NCBI GenBank assembly: GCA_964510585.1
Contig: CAZECW010000057.1
Coordinates: 1-5,035 of the forward strand
Reading direction: 5' to 3'
DNA from: an uncultured archaeon
Lineage (GTDB): Archaea > Asgardarchaeota > Jordiarchaeia > Jordiarchaeales > Jordiarchaeaceae
DNA: 5,035 nucleotides
Position 1 is the first letter of the stretch; every line of letters starts with the position of its first letter. The position numbers and the translations under genes were made by a program. Under the pieces are notes generated by a model. That model ran no database searches, was not told the origin of the DNA, and saw only the letters and a program-made list of their open reading frames with translations. Positions 1 to 4,921 of this stretch are shown piece by piece.

Positions 1-129
1 TACATACCGCTCAAAGGAATAAACATCAAACCTATCAATAAGTTTCGGTATCAAGTGGGATCCGATAAAACCTGTAGCTCCCGTCACTAAAACCTTCACA
101 TTCTTATCCGACAAGTCCTTCAACCTCAT
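1..129 (-). CDS. NAD-dependent epimerase/dehydratase (extended SDR, nucleotide-sugar modifying), N-terminal 43 codons; gene runs off the left edge
   Basis: The reverse complement from ATG at 129 reads MRLKDLSDKNVKVLVTGATGFIGSHLIPKLIDRFDVYSFERYV, open to base 1. VLVTGATGFIGSHL is the Rossmann GxxGxxG motif of extended SDRs. An in-frame TGA lies four codons upstream of the ATG. The substrate cannot be determined from this fragment. Confidence 0.93.
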   Translation of the reverse strand, partial: MRLKDLSDKNVKVLVTGATGFIGSHLIPKLIDRFDVYSFERYV

Positions 130-136
130 CTGAATG

Positions 137-140
137 CCTC
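137..140 (-). promoter_or_regulatory. Putative Shine-Dalgarno (GAGG) for the epimerase
   Basis: The minus strand reads GCTGAGGCATTCAGATG, with GAGG 7 nt before the ATG. Confidence 0.55.
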
Positions 141-187
141 AGCCGGTGTTAAAACAGATTTACATCGAAAATTAAGGTAATAGGAAG

Positions 188-201
188 TAAATAAATATAT
201 A
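188..201 (-). promoter_or_regulatory. Candidate TATA region for the epimerase gene
   Basis: The minus strand reads TATATATTTATTTA about 60-70 nt upstream of the ATG. No clear BRE precedes it, so the exact box is ambiguous. Confidence 0.35.
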
Positions 202-266
202 CCCTTAAGCGGGAGTAAAAGTTTTTTGATGAAAACCGCCCTTTCATTTATCTAGGTCGGCTCCGG

Positions 267-280
267 GTAGTCTCGACTAC
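267..280. repeat. Short GC-balanced palindrome GTAGTC-TC-GACTAC
   Basis: Perfect 6-bp arms (267-272 and 275-280) read directly. Confidence 0.6.
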
Positions 281-390
281 ATTTTCCCCCTCAGCCGGAA
301 ATCTGCTCCAAGCGTCTTACCAAGTAGAAGGGGCAATCTGCTCGTCAAACTTAATTCGAACACGACTTATGATATGTGGGGGTTCACCAC

Positions 391-438
391 TGTTGGGATA
401 GAATCGAGTATATGTATTATTTTCGAACTATCCCAACA
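391..438. repeat. Perfect 11-bp inverted repeat TGTTGGGATAG-N26-CTATCCCAACA
   Basis: Arms at 391-401 and 428-438 are exact reverse complements. Inner TCGA (404-407) and TCGA (423-426) can extend the stem past a small internal loop. Confidence 0.9.
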
Positions 439-578
439 ATCTATATACTTAAGGCATCTTCTCGCTTAAACGCATATTTCATTTTCAAACCCACTTTCCT
501 CACTCTTGGTTTATTTTTCCCGGTTTTTTGGGGAATTTAAGTCGATACTAGTAATGCTGGTCTTCACCAAATAATCTT

Positions 579-593
579 TTTTGAACTTCAAAA
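579..593. promoter_or_regulatory. 7-1-7 palindrome TTTTGAA-C-TTCAAAA, possible transcription-factor site
   Basis: Perfect dyad in the divergent intergenic region, about 90 bp upstream of the BRE/TATA at 685-698. The function is inferred only. Confidence 0.3.
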
Positions 594-684
594 GCCCTAC
601 GAGAGGAACGGGAAGAAGTTGGGAAAAACAAAAAATCAAAAATTCACGAATGCTGCGGAATACGGGTTCAACTACTGATTTTTA

Positions 685-698
685 CCGAAATTTATTTA
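685..698 (+). promoter_or_regulatory. Archaeal promoter: BRE (CCGAAA) plus TATA box (TTTATTTA)
   Basis: CCGAAA at 685-690 is immediately followed by TTTATTTA at 691-698, about 75 nt upstream of ATG 773. This matches the established archaeal purine-rich BRE + TTTAWAWA-like layout. Confidence 0.6.
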
Positions 699-760
699 TT
701 GAGTCAAAGACCACGAGTAGTACATACTTCTTAAATGGTAGACACGGCGTGAATTAATCT

Positions 761-766
761 GGTGAT
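761..766 (+). promoter_or_regulatory. Shine-Dalgarno GGTGAT
   Basis: GGTGAT lies 6 nt before ATG 773 and is complementary to the AUCACC segment of the 16S rRNA 3' end. GGTGA is typical of archaeal ribosome-binding sites. Confidence 0.75.
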
Positions 767-772
767 GGATAT

Positions 773-2353
773 ATGAGAAGAGGGTACCTTTTGGCATCAT
801 TCTTGGTTCCTACGTTGATAAGGGCTATTCCAGAGGCTGTCTCCTTCCCGTGGCCTATTGGTTACGATACAGTCTACCTTTATGCACCTTTAATACATGC
901 TTTTCAGATTTACGGATTTTTTCCAGCTCTGTCTTTCTACATCTATATGAAATATTATTCTCTTCCATTTTACATAATTATTGGCGGGTTGGGGATTCTT
1001 TCTCAAGCTGATCCTTTTCTAATTTTGAAGGTTGTTGCCCCATTTCTATGCGGGTTTTTGGGGTTCTCCATTTTTTATTTTTGTTCTCACTTCTTAGGTT
1101 GGGGGGATGAGAAGAGTCTTTTTTGTGCCATTCTCTCCACAGTTTACTTTGTTAGCCTCGGATTGTCGTTTGGCTTCTTCAGGAACATTCTTTCACTTGG
1201 CTTCTTCTTCCTCGCCATCAGTGAAACTAAGAATCTGGATAAGTGGAAGAACACCGCCCTCTTCTCACTGCTTTCATTTATGTGCACTTTTTCCCACGAG
1301 GTTGTGACACTGATACTACTCTTCGCCACAGTTTACATAATTTTGGCAATGATCTATGACAGGTTGAGGAGAAAGTCAACGGTGAGTATGCGAGTTTTCG
1401 TTGGTCCCTCGCTTAGCATCTTGTTCTGTGTGGTCTTTACATTGCTCTATATGGGTAATTTCGACCTTTATTCGAGTGGAGGCTTTTTGAGTAACAAGTT
1501 GAGCGTGTTAGTAGATTATACTTCATGGAATTTGGGTGATGTTGGTTTTTATCCTACAACGATTGATTTGGGGCACCACATTCTTCTTTTCTTCCTCTTC
1601 TGCTACGCTCCGCTTCTCCTTTTTGTATTGTGGGGGTATTTCAAGTGTAGGCCGCTGGACGCTATGTCCCTCCTTCTTTTGGGTGCATCGTTTATGCCGC
1701 TGGTTCTTCCCCACTCCGCGTTGCCCTACTGGTGGAGGTGGATGCTTATGCTTGTCTTCCCCTTTACAGTTTACACTTCTAATGCATTGTTTCCCTCTGA
1801 GGGGGAGACAATTGTTAGAAAGTGGCTTGAGAATGTGTTTTTTTATTATTTGGAGAAAAGATGTGGTTCACAGAATCTTACCTCCAAGATTTTGAGTGTG
1901 AGGTTTAGCAGGCGGAGGATCCTTTTGGTGTTTGTTGTCCTGGTTTCGGTTTTATCATTCACCTTTATGGTTTTCCCCTATGAACATCCCTTTCCCTATT
2001 ATTCCAACATTGTTATTCAGCTCTACTTCCCTCCATCCATGCAAGCTAACACATTTCCTATTTCAGAGTGTGACGAGGCCATGCTCGCCACTATATGGTT
2101 GAACTGGAATATGCCTCAGAACTCGTGCCTCATCGCCCACAAAAATTTGTTGGGCTGGGCCATGCTAAACGTCAATTTTAGGCCGATTTACAGCTACTCT
2201 GGCGTAAGCACTGGTTTGCTACAGGCGCTTGAGCAGGCCAGCTTGTACAATTCCACGTATGTGATCACCACTTGGAACTACGATTACTTCATTAGAACCA
2301 GCGGTTTCAATCTTGTGTTTAATCTGGGCCAGATAGAAGTATTTAAAAAATAG
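773..2353 (+). CDS. Polytopic membrane protein, putative GT-C-fold (lipid-phosphate-sugar-dependent) glycosyltransferase
   Basis: 526 aa with roughly 11-12 hydrophobic segments by eye. An acidic residue sits in the loop after TM1 (PWPIGYD32T), and polar motifs lie between helices (FFRN, SHE, WWRW). A soluble C-terminal domain of about 120 aa starts with a WLxxNxPxxSxLxA pattern like STT3/AglB. The CDS is certain; the family assignment is inferred. Confidence 0.7.
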   Translation: MRRGYLLASFLVPTLIRAIPEAVSFPWPIGYDTVYLYAPLIHAFQIYGFFPALSFYIYMKYYSLPFYIIIGGLGILSQADPFLILKVVAPFLCGFLGFSIFYFCSHFLGWGDEKSLFCAILSTVYFVSLGLSFGFFRNILSLGFFFLAISETKNLDKWKNTALFSLLSFMCTFSHEVVTLILLFATVYIILAMIYDRLRRKSTVSMRVFVGPSLSILFCVVFTLLYMGNFDLYSSGGFLSNKLSVLVDYTSWNLGDVGFYPTTIDLGHHILLFFLFCYAPLLLFVLWGYFKCRPLDAMSLLLLGASFMPLVLPHSALPYWWRWMLMLVFPFTVYTSNALFPSEGETIVRKWLENVFFYYLEKRCGSQNLTSKILSVRFSRRRILLVFVVLVSVLSFTFMVFPYEHPFPYYSNIVIQLYFPPSMQANTFPISECDEAMLATIWLNWNMPQNSCLIAHKNLLGWAMLNVNFRPIYSYSGVSTGLLQALEQASLYNSTYVITTWNYDYFIRTSGFNLVFNLGQIEVFKK

Positions 2354-2941
2354 GGGACGAGTACCTTCATCCCAAAAGTTAATTGAAGGAGAAATACACT
2401 TTAATAAAACAATGGTATTTACATCTATTAGGATAGAGAGCGAAACTCGTAATCAAAGAGGGTTATGGGTGGCGTCTTTGGTGACATTTTTGTAGAGAGA
2501 AAAATATGCGTAGTTGCATAAAAAGTGGGAGTCTGCAGTAATCAGCTGCAGCACTCACAGTAATGCATAAAATACAATGGAGGGATCAAGATATATTCTG
2601 GACTACTTCACCCTTCCGGTTTTGTATTATTCTCTCAGATACCGACTTTAATCAAAAGTCTTTTGCGGCGTATTCTATTTATTACGCCAAGGTTATTACC
2701 ATGTTCGCCCGCATTTTCCCACTAAAAATTCTAAACATTCGCTAACCATACTCATATTTTTTGGGGAGGGGTGGTAGCCTAGAAGAAGCTCAGCCAAAAA
2801 ATGGGGAAGAATTACATCCTTAAAAAGAGACCTAGATACAATTAAGTGTGTTTTTGCACGTTGGGTGCGTTTCTGGTTCGTAGGCATCATCTATAAAGGA
2901 GCATTAAGAGATCTGTTTCCTAAATTTAAGACCCGCAATAG

Positions 2942-2962
2942 GGAGTTGTGTAGAACAACTCC
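2942..2962. repeat. 8-bp hairpin GGAGTTGT-GTAGA-ACAACTCC
   Basis: Perfect arms at 2942-2949 and 2955-2962 with a 5-nt loop. Confidence 0.75.
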
Positions 2963-3150
2963 ACATGCCAAAAATGAACAACTGTTACCTTGTCGAATGA
3001 TCAGGAGTATTCTTTTGCGTAATTTAATTCTTTCGCATATTTTATTTGTATGCAAGTTTTCCAAATTACCAATGCAAAATTATTTAAAAAACATTAGAAG
3101 ACATAAGAAAGTTAAAATAATAAAAAGGTATACAGCAAAAAAAGTCGAGA

Positions 3151-3164
3151 GCAAACTTTAAATT
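3151..3164 (+). promoter_or_regulatory. Candidate archaeal promoter: BRE-like GCAAAC plus TATA TTTAAATT
   Basis: TTTAAATT at 3157-3164 follows an A-rich hexamer. With the TATA box centred near -26/-27, transcription would start near 3187, just before the ORF. Confidence 0.5.
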
Positions 3165-3196
3165 GAAAAAAAGAGGTAACGTCTACATTCCATAGC

Positions 3197-4840
3197 TTGG
3201 TGGTCGTGTTGAGAAGGATGCTTAACAGAGATCCGATTGGTCTGTTGCTAGAATTTGTTGAGAATGAGCCCAAGTATTTTTTATACCCGTTTGTAGCGGT
3301 TTACACCGCTGTTTTTTCGTATTTCACTGTAGTTAAGCACTTCGCATTCGAAACATACGCAGGTGATTTGGGTATTTTCGAGCAGAGTCTCTGGTCAACC
3401 CTTAGGTATGGACTCTACTTTTACAACACACCGGAATTCGGGCCTCACTTTGGGATTCACTTCGACCCCATACTCTACCTATTCCTCATCCCTTACAGCA
3501 TCTACCCGAGTCCTGTGACTCTGCTGGTTTTGCAGTCCTTACTGCTCCCTTTAGGGGCGATTCCACTCTTCTGGCTTGCGAGAGACGAATTACAGAGCAA
3601 TAGGGCTGGTTTGGCCTTTGCGACTGTTTACCTGTTGTATCCTCCTCTTCATGGTGTTAACTGGTACGATTTCCATCCAGAGTGCCTGGTTCCGCTTCTT
3701 CTAATTGCCGCCTTCTATTACTTCAAGAAGGGGAACTTTATCATATATTTCATACTCATTATCCTAGCGATGATGTGCAAGGAGATAGTCCCACTCATTG
3801 TCGTTTTTATGGGGCTTTATGGAATATGGATGAACAGAAGGAAAATATGGGAACTGCTCACTTCTAATCCAAAAGGGCTGTTAATGGACCGAAGCATAGT
3901 ATCCTCTCTCATAACAATATGCGTAGGCGCCGCCTGGTATATTGCGGCTGGGAGGGTTATAGCTTCCCTTTCTGACACAGCCACTTACAATCCGTTCACA
4001 ACCTGGTTCTATCTTGGTGGAAGTATGTTTGAGATAATGACATCAGTTGTGTTTAGACCTCTCTATACTCTTCAGATAGCCTTCACGCCATTTTGGGGCA
4101 AAGTCGTTTATCTTCTGGTGCTGTTTGGTCCCCTTGCATTCATGTCTTTTCTTAACCCTCCCACCTTGCTCATATCCTTACCCTGGCTTGCGCCGTCCAT
4201 ACTTTCACTTCTTCCCAACCATTATCAGCCTGTGGGAACGCAATATCCTGCTCTCCTTATCCCCTTCATCTTCATATCGGCCATTTACGGTGTGAAAACT
4301 GTAATCCCAGCGGTGAAGAAACTAGCACTTATGTTTTCTATAAGGTTTGGGGCGAGCAGAATAATGAAGAGCAAATATGCATATAATAAAATGGACATTG
4401 TTATTAGTAGGCCTATCGAGGCTGTACTTGTTCTCCTGTTGGTGTGTGGCGTCACCTTCTCCATCATTTGGAGCCCTCTTGGAACTTTTCCCGGTGTAAC
4501 TTTTCACGACAAGGCGCTGGAGATGGTGGTGTACACAATTCCTCCGTACTCCTCCGTCGCAACGCAAAACGAAATCTTTCCACACCTTTCTCACAACCTC
4601 AAAGCGTACCCAGTGTACCACCCCATTCTCGAGTACGACTACATTCTCGTAGACAAAACCAGCATTTTCTACTACCTACCGCCGCTGTACGGCCAGTACA
4701 GGAGCCCCGTTCCCCCCCTGGCGTATAGCTCGGTTGTACCTGAATTGATTGAAAATGGAACATACGGTGTTTTAATATCAGTAAATGGTATAATGCTACT
4801 CAAAAGAGGATACGCCGGCCCCCCTCTAGTCAACCTTTAA
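3197..4840 (+). CDS. DUF2079-family membrane protein (GT-C-like putative glycosyltransferase); start uncertain (TTG 3197, TTG 3209 or ATG 3218)
   Basis: 547 aa, polytopic, with the motif series I recognise from DUF2079 proteins: GD57LGIFEQSLW, HFDPIL, DFHPE, CKE, GTQY, SVATQNEIFPHLS. It ends in a soluble C-terminal domain. The glycosyltransferase role is inferred from GT-C-like architecture. Confidence 0.88.
   Translation: MVVVLRRMLNRDPIGLLLEFVENEPKYFLYPFVAVYTAVFSYFTVVKHFAFETYAGDLGIFEQSLWSTLRYGLYFYNTPEFGPHFGIHFDPILYLFLIPYSIYPSPVTLLVLQSLLLPLGAIPLFWLARDELQSNRAGLAFATVYLLYPPLHGVNWYDFHPECLVPLLLIAAFYYFKKGNFIIYFILIILAMMCKEIVPLIVVFMGLYGIWMNRRKIWELLTSNPKGLLMDRSIVSSLITICVGAAWYIAAGRVIASLSDTATYNPFTTWFYLGGSMFEIMTSVVFRPLYTLQIAFTPFWGKVVYLLVLFGPLAFMSFLNPPTLLISLPWLAPSILSLLPNHYQPVGTQYPALLIPFIFISAIYGVKTVIPAVKKLALMFSIRFGASRIMKSKYAYNKMDIVISRPIEAVLVLLLVCGVTFSIIWSPLGTFPGVTFHDKALEMVVYTIPPYSSVATQNEIFPHLSHNLKAYPVYHPILEYDYILVDKTSIFYYLPPLYGQYRSPVPPLAYSSVVPELIENGTYGVLISVNGIMLLKRGYAGPPLVNL
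3199..3203 (+). promoter_or_regulatory. Possible Shine-Dalgarno GGTGG favouring TTG 3209 as the real start
   Basis: GGTGG sits 5 nt before an in-frame TTG at 3209. TTG 3197 has no SD-like motif upstream. Confidence 0.4.
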
Positions 4841-4875
4841 AATCCCCATTAAATCCCAAAAAGAGTTTTACATCC

Positions 4876-4921
4876 AAAATTCCGCATTTTTTTGCGAATT
4901 TTTTGATATTTTTCCTTTTTT
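4876..4921 (+). terminator. Putative terminator: bulged hairpin plus several oligo-T tracts
   Basis: AAAATTCCGCA (4876-4886) pairs with TGCGAATTTT (4893-4902) with one bulged C. T7, T6, T5 and T6 tracts occur at 4887, 4899, 4909 and 4916, starting about 45 nt after the stop. Oligo-T tracts are the established archaeal intrinsic termination signal. Confidence 0.55.

Noticed and set aside
374-469. 31-aa + strand ORF MWGFTTVGIESSICIIFELSQQSIYLRHLLA
   Set aside because: It has no convincing ribosome-binding site or recognisable motif, and it runs through the 11-bp inverted repeat.
765-776. Tiny ORF ATG-GAT-ATA-TGA (MDI*) overlapping the ORF1 start
   Set aside because: Its ATG is a by-product of the GGTGATG Shine-Dalgarno sequence; there is no independent evidence.
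773-796. MRRGYLL resembles a twin-arginine (Tat) signal, RRxFL
   Set aside because: The protein is polytopic, and N-terminal arginines before TM1 are explained by the positive-inside rule.
1107-1895. Alternative-frame ORFs 1107..1307, 1144..1329, 1523..1714 and 1536..1895
   Set aside because: All are nested in the 526-aa CDS. Their Phe/Ser-rich or Lys-rich composition is the expected shadow of T-rich membrane-protein codons.
2763-2795. GGGGAGGGGTGGTAGCCTAG resembles a tRNA 5' end/D-arm; GGGTTCAACT at 664-673 resembles a T-loop
   Set aside because: Neither can be completed into a cloverleaf: there is no matching acceptor stem, anticodon arm or paired T-stem.
249-2838. 10-bp inverted repeat TATCTAGGTC (249-258) / GACCTAGATA (2829-2838) flanking ORF1
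   Set aside because: About 0.5 such matches are expected by chance between the two spacers, and it has no target duplication or further extension.
471-3047. CGCATATTT motif at 471 (+), 2502-2510 (-) and 3034 (+), extending to 13/14 identity between 471 and 3034
   Set aside because: It is AT-rich and within chance expectation for this amount of non-coding DNA, and its distances to the promoters are inconsistent.
2563-3161. ORFs 2563..2745, 2696..2890 and 2865..3161 in the long spacer
   Set aside because: They show no recognisable domains or good ribosome-binding sites, they overlap each other, and the Lys-rich tail of the 98-aa ORF derives from A-tracts next to the downstream promoter. A small protein cannot be fully excluded without homology or proteomics.
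4712-4718. C7 tract in ORF2 (also G6 at 1101-1106 and C6 at 4819-4824) as phase-variation sites
   Set aside because: The tracts are shorter than typical contingency-locus homopolymers, both frames are intact, and they are explained by Pro or Trp-Gly-Asp codons.
3682-4728. Alternative-frame ORFs 3682..3867, 4285..4467, 4322..4621 and 4444..4728
   Set aside because: All are nested within the DUF2079 CDS with no family features. The last two overlap the GC3-rich patch, which suppresses off-frame stop codons.
4505-4840. C-terminal Tyr-rich segment as a diversity-generating retroelement variable region
   Set aside because: No template repeat differing at adenines and no reverse transcriptase is present in the window.
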